A stretch of 43,253 nt of DNA, taken from positions 1-43,253 of the forward strand of contig CAKKPF010000009.1 in NCBI GenBank assembly GCA_919901575.1. Direction: 5' to 3'. The position numbers and the translations under genes were made by a program. Positions within the stretch are counted from its first letter, which is position 1; the number at the start of each line of letters is the position of its first letter. Positions 9,506-18,858 of the stretch are shown piece by piece. The notes below the pieces were generated by a model. It had not been told where the DNA came from and did no database searches. It saw nothing but the letters and a program-made list of their open reading frames with translations. The DNA comes from Candidatus Brocadiaceae bacterium. Lineage in GTDB: Bacteria; Planctomycetota; Brocadiia; Brocadiales; Scalinduaceae.

Positions 9506-10690
9506 TTAGACCTGTTGTTTTTTCAATTCGTCTTCATACAGGGGTGACATTTGCCAGCATCTGTCTATTACCTTTGGCAGTGTATCCAGAAAATAATCAA
9601 CATCTTCTTCCGTATTATCCTTTCCAAGGCTTACGGTGATTGAACCATGACATACGTCCGGCGGCACGCCTATAGCCGTAAGTACGTGAGATGCCTGGAG
9701 ATCCGGCGAACTGCAGGCTGAACCACTGGCGATTGCTATTCCATTGTAATTTAAAAACAAGACAAGTGTTTCGCCTTCAGCAAAAGATATCCAGAAGCTC
9801 ACATGCCCCGGAAGCCTTTTTGTCAGATGTCCGGTAAAATGATAGTATTTTATCCTGTTTGGTAGTTCATTTATAATCTTGTCACGAAGCGGGATAAGAT
9901 GTTTTATTCTTGACGTCATCTCGGTTTTGGCAAGCTCAGCCGCCTTACCCATTCCGACAATCGCTGGTATATTATCGGTACCAGGCCTAAGGCCGCCTTC
10001 CTGAGCGCCGCCTTTCATGATGGAGACAATATCAGTTCCATCTTTTACATACAAGGCGGCAATGCCTTTGGGGCCGTAAAATGTATGCGAGGTCAGACTT
10101 AATGAATCCACGCCCAGTTCCGTAACGTCTACTGGAATGACTCCTGCCGTCGCAATCGCATCGGTATGGAATATAATATTCTTTTTTTTTGTTATCTTTC
10201 CTATTTCCTGTATTGGTTCGATTACGCCTATTTCATTATTTGCATGCATAATTGAAACGAGAAACGTATCCTTGTTTATTGCCCTGGCCACATCATCAGG
10301 GTCTATCAGACCATCTTTATTTACCTTTATATATGAAACCCTGAAACCTTCTTTTTCCAGTTCTCGCGCCGTGTACAGAATTGAAAAGTGTTCGATTTCA
10401 GAAATAATTATGTGTTTTCCTCTGCCTTTGTTTGCAAGGGCCAGACCTCTTAAAGCCAGATTATTTGCTTCACTCCCGGTAAAGGTAAAGATTATCTCTT
10501 CAGGTTTGGCATTAATTAAATCTGCAACCTTTGCCCTTGATTCATCAACGGCTTTCTTTGCCCTGAGTCCATATGAATGAAGGTGAGAAGATGGGTTACC
10601 AAAATTTTCTGTAAAGAACGGTAACATTTCTTCCACTACTCTTGGATCTGTAGGTGTCGTGGACATGTGATCCATATAAACTTTTCGCAT
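9506..10690 (-). CDS. IscS/NifS-like class V aminotransferase-fold protein lacking the PLP lysine
   Basis: FGNPSS, HANNEIG, GLRPGT and SGSACSS (catalytic Cys) are present, but SHTFYGPKG replaces the canonical xHKxYGPKG. Confidence 0.9.
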   Translation of the reverse strand: MRKVYMDHMSTTPTDPRVVEEMLPFFTENFGNPSSHLHSYGLRAKKAVDESRAKVADLINAKPEEIIFTFTGSEANNLALRGLALANKGRGKHIIISEIEHFSILYTARELEKEGFRVSYIKVNKDGLIDPDDVARAINKDTFLVSIMHANNEIGVIEPIQEIGKITKKKNIIFHTDAIATAGVIPVDVTELGVDSLSLTSHTFYGPKGIAALYVKDGTDIVSIMKGGAQEGGLRPGTDNIPAIVGMGKAAELAKTEMTSRIKHLIPLRDKIINELPNRIKYYHFTGHLTKRLPGHVSFWISFAEGETLVLFLNYNGIAIASGSACSSPDLQASHVLTAIGVPPDVCHGSITVSLGKDNTEEDVDYFLDTLPKVIDRCWQMSPLYEDELKKQQV

Positions 10691-10835
10691 CGTAAGTTCC
10701 CTTCTTTAATTTCCAGTACTATCAAATCTTAACCTTCATGATTCTTATGTGTCTTGTACTTTCCGAATTAAGTAAATCAAAAATGTAAAGAGGTGGATAG
10801 CAACTTCTTGCCTCAACAAAATGTTCTATTTTGTA

Positions 10836-10955
10836 CTATTCCTTTAAAGTCATTGGCTGCCCGCAACACTCTAAAGTGCCGGCGCCGCCTTCTTTTACCT
10901 CAACTACTGCGCCACATATATCACATTCATAAACTTCATTGGCTGCTGTCGACAT
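10836..10955 (-). CDS. Stand-alone desulforedoxin-type Fe(Cys)4 protein, 39 aa (not in the ORF track)
   Basis: Translated by hand: [39 protein letters not shown]. CxxC...CC pattern, with AAGGAG RBS upstream of the ATG. Confidence 0.92.
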   Translation of the reverse strand: MSTAANEVYECDICGAVVEVKEGGAGTLECCGQPMTLKE

Positions 10956-10989
10956 GGTTTTTTCTCCTTTTATTAATTGTTAACATTTA

Positions 10990-11035
10990 AAATCCCCCAC
11001 ATCCCCCTTTATTAAAGGGGGAAAGAGGGGGATTT
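10990..11035. repeat. CCCCCTTT-AAAGGGGG palindromic repeat (related copy at 41960-42007)
   Basis: aaatcccccacatccccctttattaaagggggaaagagggggattt is a nested inverted repeat. It may also act as a terminator or stabiliser. Confidence 0.7.
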
Positions 11036-11038
11036 AAA

Positions 11039-11746
11039 CTATACTAACAATTGTCCTGCCGTTATCAGGAAATATTCTCCTGCTGCAATCATTAACCAGC
11101 CAAAGAATTTCTTGATAATTACACTCCAGTTTCCACTTTTTGGCAGACTCGACATCAAACCCGCAAATGTACCTACAATTATTAAAAGTGTTCCCAGCCC
11201 TATAGAAAAAACAAAAAGTAAGCTTACACCGTAAGCAACGTTTTGCTTTGCCGCAACATAAGTTAAGACAACACCAAGGACAGGTGCAGTACATGGCGCC
11301 GCAACTGTTCCCGCAAGAAGTCCTACCATGAATGCGCCGATACGTCCGCCAGCCTTTTTACCAGGTTGTCTGCTTGCCAGGAAAGATGGAATGGGTAGTG
11401 TAAAAGCATCTAGCATTGACAAGCCTAAAAAGATGAAGATGTTGGCTACAACAATGTAAAGTATGGGGTTTGTGCTGGCAGACCCAAAAAATTTCCCTGT
11501 CAAAGCTGCAAACGCTCCCAGGGCGGCATACGTTACTGCCATTCCTAATACATAAAAGAGAGAGAGAGAAAGCCCCTTCAGTTTGGAATCACCACTGCGT
11601 CCTCCTATATAAGCAATAGTTATAGGTATCATCGGGTATACGCATGGTGTGAAGCTGGTGAGTAAACCTCCCAGGAAAACCGCTATAAAAGCCAGAATGG
11701 GTGATGCGCTGAGGTAGCCTTCCAGGCCTTGTAGAAATCCATCCAT
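11039..11746 (-). CDS. ccdA: CcdA / DsbD transmembrane thiol-disulfide transporter
   Basis: Multi-TM protein with the two redox Cys motifs SFTPCVYPMIP and AAPCTAPVL. Confidence 0.9.
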   Translation of the reverse strand: MDGFLQGLEGYLSASPILAFIAVFLGGLLTSFTPCVYPMIPITIAYIGGRSGDSKLKGLSLSLFYVLGMAVTYAALGAFAALTGKFFGSASTNPILYIVVANIFIFLGLSMLDAFTLPIPSFLASRQPGKKAGGRIGAFMVGLLAGTVAAPCTAPVLGVVLTYVAAKQNVAYGVSLLFVFSIGLGTLLIIVGTFAGLMSSLPKSGNWSVIIKKFFGWLMIAAGEYFLITAGQLLV

Positions 11747-11758
11747 ACTTTTTTCCTT

Positions 11759-12088
11759 TTATAAAAGCTGTTCAAGTTTTTGTTGAAGTTTACTCTTGCT
11801 TGTTACTCCCACCATAGTTTCCTTTACTTCGCCATTGCTGAAAAGTATAAGGGTCGGCACAGACAAAACACCATATTTTACTGCAAGATCTTTGTTTCCT
11901 TCTACATCAATATCTACTTTTGCAAAACTAACCCTTCCATCGAATTCCTGGGCTAATTTACCTAGAATAGGTGTTTGTGTCTTGCAGGGGCCACACCAAT
12001 CTGCATAAAAGTCAACCAGGACAGGTGTATCCGCTTGAATAACAGATTGTTCAAAATCTTCGTTAGTTACAGCCTTCAGGTTTGACAT
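11759..12088 (-). CDS. trxA: Thioredoxin
   Basis: VDFYADWCGPCK, cis-Pro SVPT, 109 aa, GGAG RBS. Confidence 0.95.
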   Translation of the reverse strand: MSNLKAVTNEDFEQSVIQADTPVLVDFYADWCGPCKTQTPILGKLAQEFDGRVSFAKVDIDVEGNKDLAVKYGVLSVPTLILFSNGEVKETMVGVTSKSKLQQKLEQLL

Positions 12089-12436
12089 TTTTCAATATTC
12101 TCCTTTCATAATAGTTTTTCCAATTTTATTGAGTCACATCGTTTACACTCATCAAGATGTCATTTTTCAGGCTGGAAAAATTGCCTTCCCTGAGAATAGA
12201 ATTTGTCAGGCATCCTGCTGAAATGACATACGTTAAAATACAATGAGTTCCTATTTTATAAATATTTAATTCTATTATGTAATATGGAAAAAGCAAGTAA
12301 AACTTGAGCTATTTGAAAATACTAAATAAAGGGTAAATCTGAGAAAACAGTTGAAATTCTAAAGCGTTTTGTTTTAATTAGATTCTGTTGCTAAACTTCT
12401 AAGAAGTATATAACATTTTCGTTTAAAGGAAAGAAT

Positions 12437-12634
12437 ATGTGTCAGATGAAAGTAATGCTGGATAAGGAAGGACAACAGGAATTAGTAATGGAAGACGTTG
12501 CACGGCTTGAAGTGGTTGAAGAGGGAATCAAGGTTAGTACATTATTTGAAGACCCTAAAGTTATTTCAGGCGTAGCTGTGAAAACGATTGATTTTCTTTC
12601 CGGTAAATTAACACTTCAGGCAAAGCATATTTAG
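12437..12634 (+). CDS. cooT: CooT-family nickel-binding protein
   Basis: 65 aa, N-terminal MC (Cys2), VMEDV and IDF pattern typical of CooT; AAGGA RBS. Confidence 0.8.
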   Translation: MCQMKVMLDKEGQQELVMEDVARLEVVEEGIKVSTLFEDPKVISGVAVKTIDFLSGKLTLQAKHI

Positions 12635-12672
12635 TAAAGGGCAGTTTGTAAACCCAGGTAACGGAAGAGCAC

Positions 12673-12921
12673 ATGTCAGAACAAAACACGACAAAAAAGC
12701 TTCAGGTATTGTTACCACACTGGATTGAACACAATAACAACCATATAGCTGAGTTCAGAAAGTGGGAAATTGAGGCAAGGACAGAACCCGGGCAGGAAGT
12801 TGCCCTATTACTGGAAAAGGCTATCAGTGATATGGAGGATGCCGGCAAATCACTTTCCGAAGCGCTTGAAAAAATCGGTGGGCCATTGGAGGGTGGAGAA
12901 TGGCAACACCATCATCACTAA
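12673..12921 (+). CDS. Small helical His-rich protein, putative Ni/metal-binding
   Basis: HWIEHNNNH motif and C-terminal HHHH; directly downstream of cooT. Confidence 0.75.
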   Translation: MSEQNTTKKLQVLLPHWIEHNNNHIAEFRKWEIEARTEPGQEVALLLEKAISDMEDAGKSLSEALEKIGGPLEGGEWQHHHH

Positions 12922-12989
12922 GGAGAACAGGTTCGCTTATTCTTCCCAGTATTACATCTTAATTAATAATATATACCGATAATTTTATT

Positions 12990-14519
12990 TTAATCCTTCT
13001 GTGTAGAAGGCGTTCTTGACATTGCCAATCTAAGGGCGGGAGGGGTAATAAGGGTAGTAATGATTACCATCATTATTAAGGCCGTGAAGATAGTGTCGCT
13101 GATCACGCCGATGCTTTTGCCTATACCGGCAAATATCAATGCAACCTCTCCCCTTGGAATCATGGCAACTCCGATAGCGATTCGGTTCAGGCCTTTTTCC
13201 AACGCACACAAACCACAAACCTGTTTACCAAGAATGGCCGCTATAGTTATTGCCAAGGCTACCTTTAAAACGGAAAGATTACCGAAGATTTCCAACTTTA
13301 TCTGCATACCAATTAGAAGAAAGAATACCGGCACGAAGACAAAAGACGCCGGGCGCAAAATCTCCTGTATGCCGTGTTCTCCTCCTTTTAAATCCTTGAA
13401 ACGAACCTCTCTCAAAATAAGTCCGGCTGCAAATGCGCCCACTATAGTTGCCAGACCGATAAGATTAGCTGTATAGGAGAGAAGGAGACAGAAAACAATG
13501 GCCATAGCCAGCTTCCAACCCTCAGCCTTCCTGTGTATTGTATAATAACCTAGAAAAGGGGCCAACTTAAAACCCATTAATATAGCACCCACAAGAAAGA
13601 GGATAGAGAATATTGAGGTCTGGACAACAGGAAATGGGTCCACACTTCCTGTTACTACTATGTCAGTAACTATAGCCAATATAAATAGTACTATAATATC
13701 ATCAATTACCGCCGCACCCATAAGTATACTTGACTCAGTAGTCTGGAGTTTTCCCAAATCCTTAAATACTCGTGCCTTTATACCCACACTTGTAGCACAG
13801 AGCGTAGCCCCCACAAAGAGATGGACACTAAAACCTGCATCAGGAAAGAAGTAAAGACTGGTGAAATATCCTAATATAAACGGTGTTACAATACCACCCA
13901 AGGCTACCAGAAATGATGAAAGACCCACCTTTACAATATCCCGTATATCTGTCTCTAACCCAATCTCAAAAAGAAGGATTATTACACCAAATCTTGCAAG
14001 GAGGTCTACAAAGGTATGATTTCTTAATGGGGCAAAGAATTCCCAACCTGTAAAATAAGCCAGATTTCCTATAATAATACCTAGAACCAGTTCTCCAAGT
14101 ACTGCCGGTTGTCCTATTTTTTCAAATATCCCACCGCCGATCTTTGCCGCTGCAAGTACTATCACTATACCAAGCAGGATAGGGGCGACAGGGTCTTCAT
14201 GGCCATGAATTACCCTATCTGTTTTTTCTATAGAATGTTTTTGCGTCTGTATTGCAGAGCTATCTTGCAGTGATGGTTGTTCCCGTACTGTTACAGCAGG
14301 ACCCACATAACCATGGCTTTTCTTTTGCAGTTCCTCCATAGTAAATAAATGTTTGTGCTCCTGTGTTGCTGATCTGACCGGAAGGGATGTCTGCTCATGA
14401 ACTTTTGAAGTGGCGTTGCGGGATTCTTCTTCAGGTGATGAGTATATGTGAGATATGTAAAAAATCAGAGGTACTGCCAAAAGAATAATAAAAGGATATT
14501 TAGATAATACCTTTGTCAT
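12990..14519 (-). CDS. Cation:proton antiporter (CPA2/NapA-like) with N-terminal extension
   Basis: GQPAVLGE, LFEIGLET, ATSVGI, AAVIDD, GAFAAG, PRGEVAL motifs. Confidence 0.92.
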   Translation of the reverse strand: MTKVLSKYPFIILLAVPLIFYISHIYSSPEEESRNATSKVHEQTSLPVRSATQEHKHLFTMEELQKKSHGYVGPAVTVREQPSLQDSSAIQTQKHSIEKTDRVIHGHEDPVAPILLGIVIVLAAAKIGGGIFEKIGQPAVLGELVLGIIIGNLAYFTGWEFFAPLRNHTFVDLLARFGVIILLFEIGLETDIRDIVKVGLSSFLVALGGIVTPFILGYFTSLYFFPDAGFSVHLFVGATLCATSVGIKARVFKDLGKLQTTESSILMGAAVIDDIIVLFILAIVTDIVVTGSVDPFPVVQTSIFSILFLVGAILMGFKLAPFLGYYTIHRKAEGWKLAMAIVFCLLLSYTANLIGLATIVGAFAAGLILREVRFKDLKGGEHGIQEILRPASFVFVPVFFLLIGMQIKLEIFGNLSVLKVALAITIAAILGKQVCGLCALEKGLNRIAIGVAMIPRGEVALIFAGIGKSIGVISDTIFTALIMMVIITTLITPPALRLAMSRTPSTQKD

Positions 14520-14528
14520 TTTATTTTA

Positions 14529-15449
14529 TTAAGGCATGGAAAAACTGAATTTCTCAGGCTTAACTATTATAATATCACAGTGTACGGTACGAACAACTAC
14601 CTCCGCAGTACTGCCAATCAGAATATGTTTGATACCTGATCTTCCATGCGTGCCCATAACTATCAGGTTTGCCTGTTGTTCCATGGCTATCTCTACTATA
14701 TCAGTCTCAGGAATACCCTTTTTCAGCAATTTTTCATATTCAACTCCATTGAGATCGACAGTCTTCAAAAATTCATCATATTTGGTTTCATTCACCCGCT
14801 CTATCTCTTTCATTATTTCATCTGCCTTCTTCTCAGAATTTGCTGCATTTACATAGGGTTCAACGAATGACTTCTCATAAACGTGTAAAATAGTTAGTTT
14901 ACTTTTGTGTGCCCTTGCCGTTGCAGCAGCATATTCCAAGGCTATCCTTGAGCATTCAGAAAGATCAATAGGAACTATAATCCGTTTGAAACCTACATAC
15001 TTTCTACCCCTGACAACCATAACAGGACATCTGGCCTTTCTCGCAATCCGTTCCGCAACGCTGCCTAATATAATTCTATCCACCCCCGCCCTTCCATGCG
15101 TGCCTATTGCCAGAAGGTCTACATTCTCCTCCTTTGCAACCTGTATTATTTCCAGAAAAGGTTTGCCAAACCTTACAATGGGTATTACATCCCCGCCATC
15201 AAGTAATTCTGCAGGTATCATTGCCTTAATCTTTTCCAGAGCATCCTCTTCAAGTTTCTGTTTCATATCGGAATGTGCGGCGCTGGATAGTAAATGTCTA
15301 TAATCATGGGGAAACTTTTCAATGGTATGCAACACATAAAGCTTTGTTTTCATACACCTGACTACGCCAATACAAATGTCCAAAGCAACCTTTGAGTATT
15401 CTGAAAAATCTGTTGCGGCAAGAATGCATTTATTTGGAAATTGACTCAT
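14529..15449 (-). CDS. Tandem universal stress protein (2x USP)
   Basis: ATDFSE and PIDLSE domain starts; GTHGRAG...GSVAE and GTHGRSG...GSTAE. Start moved to the ATG at 15449 (MSQFP). Confidence 0.92.
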   Translation of the reverse strand: MSQFPNKCILAATDFSEYSKVALDICIGVVRCMKTKLYVLHTIEKFPHDYRHLLSSAAHSDMKQKLEEDALEKIKAMIPAELLDGGDVIPIVRFGKPFLEIIQVAKEENVDLLAIGTHGRAGVDRIILGSVAERIARKARCPVMVVRGRKYVGFKRIIVPIDLSECSRIALEYAAATARAHKSKLTILHVYEKSFVEPYVNAANSEKKADEIMKEIERVNETKYDEFLKTVDLNGVEYEKLLKKGIPETDIVEIAMEQQANLIVMGTHGRSGIKHILIGSTAEVVVRTVHCDIIIVKPEKFSFSMP

Positions 15450-15746
15450 AATTGTAACTCTTTTTTCAATAATCCCTTGTACGTTTTCACACGGTTTTAT
15501 GATATAATAATAACTAAACTGTATTTCCCATAAAATACAACCTAAAAGTTCCAAGTAGAAAGTGTCTGAAATGACTAAAGTTAAAAGATATTCTAATTTA
15601 CAATCGTCCGTATATTCTCTATTTTTTGTTTTGAAAAATCTTCATTCTATGTTAAAAGGCAGGATGATAAAGAATTATCACATCATCTGTATTGTCCAAA
15701 GAGAACTAATAAATCTAATTCTTGAAAAGGTCGTAAAGGGGCATTT

Positions 15747-17687
15747 ATGTCCAGAAAAACATTGTCGCAAAAGATTTTAGAACAGCACCTCGTAAAAGGA
15801 AAGCCTGTACCTGGTGAAGAAGTAGGTATTAGAATAGACCATACGTTTACACAAGATGCGACAGGAACTATGGTTTATCTCGAGTTTGAAAAAATGGGAA
15901 TTGACAGGGTGAAGACGGAATTGTCTGCAAGTTATGTAGACCATAATCTATTGCAAACAGATTTTAGGAACATGGATGACCACCTGTTCTTACAAACGTC
16001 TGCAGCAAAGTATGGAGTGTTTTTTTCAAAACCAGGGAATGGCATATCGCATCAGGTTCATTTCGAGCGCTTCGGAATTCCCGGAAAAACTTTGCTTGGT
16101 TCCGATAGCCATACATGCACAGGAGGGGCAATGGGTATGGTAGCTATTGGAGCAGGAGGATTAGATGTTGCTTTGGCCATGGCAGGAGAACCATATTATC
16201 TCAAATATCCAAAAATATTTGGAGTCAAACTTACAGGTAAGTTACAAGATTGGGTCAGCGGGAAAGACGTAATCCTTGAGATGTTAAGGCGGCATTCTGT
16301 AAAAGGTGGAGTAGGATATATTGTTGAATATTTTGGACCTGGAGTAAAGAACCTGAGCGCAACAGACCGCTCTACAATAGCAAACATGGGCGCAGAATTA
16401 GGAGCCACAACTACCGTATTTCCTTCAGACATTCAGACTAGAAGATATCTACAATCTCAGGAACGGGGTGATGCATGGATTGAACTTAAGGCTGACCAAA
16501 GGGCAAAATATGATAAATTGGACGAAATCAATTTATCAGAACTCGAACCACTTATTGCCTGTCCTTCCTCTCCAGACAATGTAAAAAAGGTTAAAGACGT
16601 GGAGGGTGAACCTGTACATCAATGTATTGTAGGTTCCTCTGTCAATTCATCTTTCCGTGACTTGATGATAGTTTGTAAGATCCTGGAAGATAAAAAAATT
16701 CATGAACGTGTTTCTTTTGAAATTAATCCTGGCAGCAGGCAGGTACTTGAAAACGTAACAGTCAAAGGCGGTGTTATTCCCCTGTTAAATGCAGGAGCAA
16801 AGATTCAACAATCCGGTTGCCTGGGATGCATTGGAATGGGACAGGCTCCAGCGTCAGGTACCGTTTCCCTGAGAACATTTCCCAGAAATTTTCCAGGTCG
16901 TAGCGGTACAAAAGATGACAGGATATATCTATGCAGTCCGGAAACAGCAGTAGCTGCCGGTATATTCGGAGAAATTAGAGATCCCAGAAATCTGGGAAAT
17001 TATCCAAAAGTATCAAATCCAAAAAAATATATCATAAATGATTCAATGATAATCCCGCCAGTATCCGATACCGCAAAAGTAGAGGTCAGACGTGGACCAA
17101 ATATCATACCATTCCCGGATTTTGAAGAATTGCCTGAATCTCTGGAGTGTAAGGTAATCCTCAAGGTCGGTGATAATATTACGACTGATCACATAATGCC
17201 AGCCGGTAATACGGTACTGCCGTTGCGAAGTAACATTCCAGAAATAAGCAAATTTGTCTATAAACAGGTCGATCCTGAATTTCCAGAAAAGGCAAAGCAG
17301 GCTGGTAATGCTGCCGTGATTGGTGGAGAAAACTATGGGCAGGGTTCTTCAAGAGAACATGCTGCGATTGCTCCAAGATATCTGGGTGTCAGGGTAAAAA
17401 TCGCCAAGAGCTTTGCCAGAATCCATTATTCCAATCTTGTCAACTTTGGAATTATACCCTTGGTCTTCGAAAATCCGGAGGATTACATTTCTATAAAAGA
17501 TGGAGATATCATAAGATTTCCAAAGGTCAAAGAAGAAATCTTAAATGAAAATCATGTAACTATTGAATTACATGACAGAACGATAAAAACCAGAATTAAC
17601 TTAAGTGAAGGAGACAGAAACAAAATTATCTACGGCGGCTTGTTGAATTACATAACCAGGAAAGCAAAAAATCGAATCATGAACTGA
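15747..17687 (+). CDS. Aconitate hydratase (short single-chain, Aquifex-type)
   Basis: QDATG, VDHN, GSDSHT, CLGCIG, RNFPGR, TTDHI, YGQGSSREH, FARIH. Confidence 0.92.
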   Translation: MSRKTLSQKILEQHLVKGKPVPGEEVGIRIDHTFTQDATGTMVYLEFEKMGIDRVKTELSASYVDHNLLQTDFRNMDDHLFLQTSAAKYGVFFSKPGNGISHQVHFERFGIPGKTLLGSDSHTCTGGAMGMVAIGAGGLDVALAMAGEPYYLKYPKIFGVKLTGKLQDWVSGKDVILEMLRRHSVKGGVGYIVEYFGPGVKNLSATDRSTIANMGAELGATTTVFPSDIQTRRYLQSQERGDAWIELKADQRAKYDKLDEINLSELEPLIACPSSPDNVKKVKDVEGEPVHQCIVGSSVNSSFRDLMIVCKILEDKKIHERVSFEINPGSRQVLENVTVKGGVIPLLNAGAKIQQSGCLGCIGMGQAPASGTVSLRTFPRNFPGRSGTKDDRIYLCSPETAVAAGIFGEIRDPRNLGNYPKVSNPKKYIINDSMIIPPVSDTAKVEVRRGPNIIPFPDFEELPESLECKVILKVGDNITTDHIMPAGNTVLPLRSNIPEISKFVYKQVDPEFPEKAKQAGNAAVIGGENYGQGSSREHAAIAPRYLGVRVKIAKSFARIHYSNLVNFGIIPLVFENPEDYISIKDGDIIRFPKVKEEILNENHVTIELHDRTIKTRINLSEGDRNKIIYGGLLNYITRKAKNRIMN

Positions 17688-17725
17688 GAATTCAGATTAT
17701 ATCCAACAAAATAATATGTAGTTTT

Positions 17726-18754
17726 ATGATTGAAAAGAAAAAAAACAAAAAGGTATACAAAAAGGGACTGAATCTTTTAGAAGCATACCCTATAAAGTTT
17801 TCTGAGAGCGTAGTATTCGTAAAATATGATGGCCCTGTAGATAATTTCAGTTTCCCATTCCCTGACAAAAAGGTTGAGCACATTATAGTAAATCTTTGCC
17901 CCACTGAACCCTGGGCGCTTCCCACCAGGGCAATACTTAAAAATGAGACACCGGATTTCTTAAATAAACTGGAAGCAGTTAGAACAGAATACTTTCCTGA
18001 TTCACACTGTCATGTAGTCGTTAACCATCAGGAATCAAGCCTTGTTAATGAGGCGGAACGATACAAAAGCCAAAAAGATTGGTTGTCTATACACACGATG
18101 GAACCCGTATATCCTTATGATACACCCGTACTGATTGTAAAGAATATTCTTGGATTAGATATTGCCTTTGGTCAAAATACCATAGAGCTTGGTATACTCC
18201 TGTTAGATCCTCAAACCATTACGGGCATCTTTGAGTACTACATCCAGAAAAACGAATTTAACACCCGTCTCATACCCATCTCCGGAACAGGTTTGAATGA
18301 GAATAAAATCCTCAAGGTCAGGCCCGGTACGCCTGTTGAAAGAATATTGGAAACCCACGTTAAGGCAGGTATCAAATATCGTGTCTTTCTTGACGGGCCA
18401 CTGAATGGCACTGAAGTTGAAGATTTGACTCAAAAGATTGACTGGTCTGTAAAAAATATTGTGGTACTGGAAGAAAGAGACTATAAGACACCTTTTCCTT
18501 ATCTAAAGGTTAACAAATTACTCTTTACAACAAGTCTCATGGGAGAGTTGAGACGTTGCGTATATTGCAATTTTTGTGATGATATATGCCCTGTAAATCT
18601 TGAACCGGCGCTTTACTGGCACTGTTATACACGTGGTGAAAAACATAAGGCGCGTCTTTACGCATTGGAGAAATGTATAGAATGTGGGCTCTGCAGTTTT
18701 ATATGTCCTTCAAAACTGGAACTGCTTCATGTTATTAGAGAATGTAAATCTTAA
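17726..18754 (+). CDS. RnfC/NqrA-like subunit with two 4Fe-4S motifs and degenerate FMN/NADH site
   Basis: IIVNLCPTEPW, YPY, SLBB-like RPGTP, DGPLNG, then CVYCNFCDDICP and CIECGLCSFICPSK. Confidence 0.8.
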   Translation: MIEKKKNKKVYKKGLNLLEAYPIKFSESVVFVKYDGPVDNFSFPFPDKKVEHIIVNLCPTEPWALPTRAILKNETPDFLNKLEAVRTEYFPDSHCHVVVNHQESSLVNEAERYKSQKDWLSIHTMEPVYPYDTPVLIVKNILGLDIAFGQNTIELGILLLDPQTITGIFEYYIQKNEFNTRLIPISGTGLNENKILKVRPGTPVERILETHVKAGIKYRVFLDGPLNGTEVEDLTQKIDWSVKNIVVLEERDYKTPFPYLKVNKLLFTTSLMGELRRCVYCNFCDDICPVNLEPALYWHCYTRGEKHKARLYALEKCIECGLCSFICPSKLELLHVIRECKS

Positions 18755-18756
18755 TA

Positions 18757-18786
18757 GTTTCGGTGTGAGAACACACCGAAACATCA
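18757..18786. repeat. Palindrome gtttcggtgtg-agaa-cacaccgaaac (copy 1)
   Basis: Perfect 11-bp stem; near-identical copy at 20026-20057. Confidence 0.8.
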
Positions 18787-18858
18787 AAGGATAGATTCCC
18801 ACCCGCTATAAAGACCATCGGGTAGACTTCCGTGGGAATGTCAAAGAATGGAACATAG

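Noticed and set aside
10793-10990. 65-aa plus-strand ORF
   Set aside because: Antisense to the desulforedoxin gene, which has a clear motif and RBS.
12157-12229. Long imperfect hairpin upstream of trxA as a riboswitch or SRP RNA
   Set aside because: No recognisable aptamer or SRP motif; the gtcatt...aatgac ends resemble the other dispersed palindromic repeats.
15450-15554. N-terminal 35 aa of the USP ORF call
   Set aside because: AT-rich intergenic-like sequence; the USP fold begins after the ATG at 15449.
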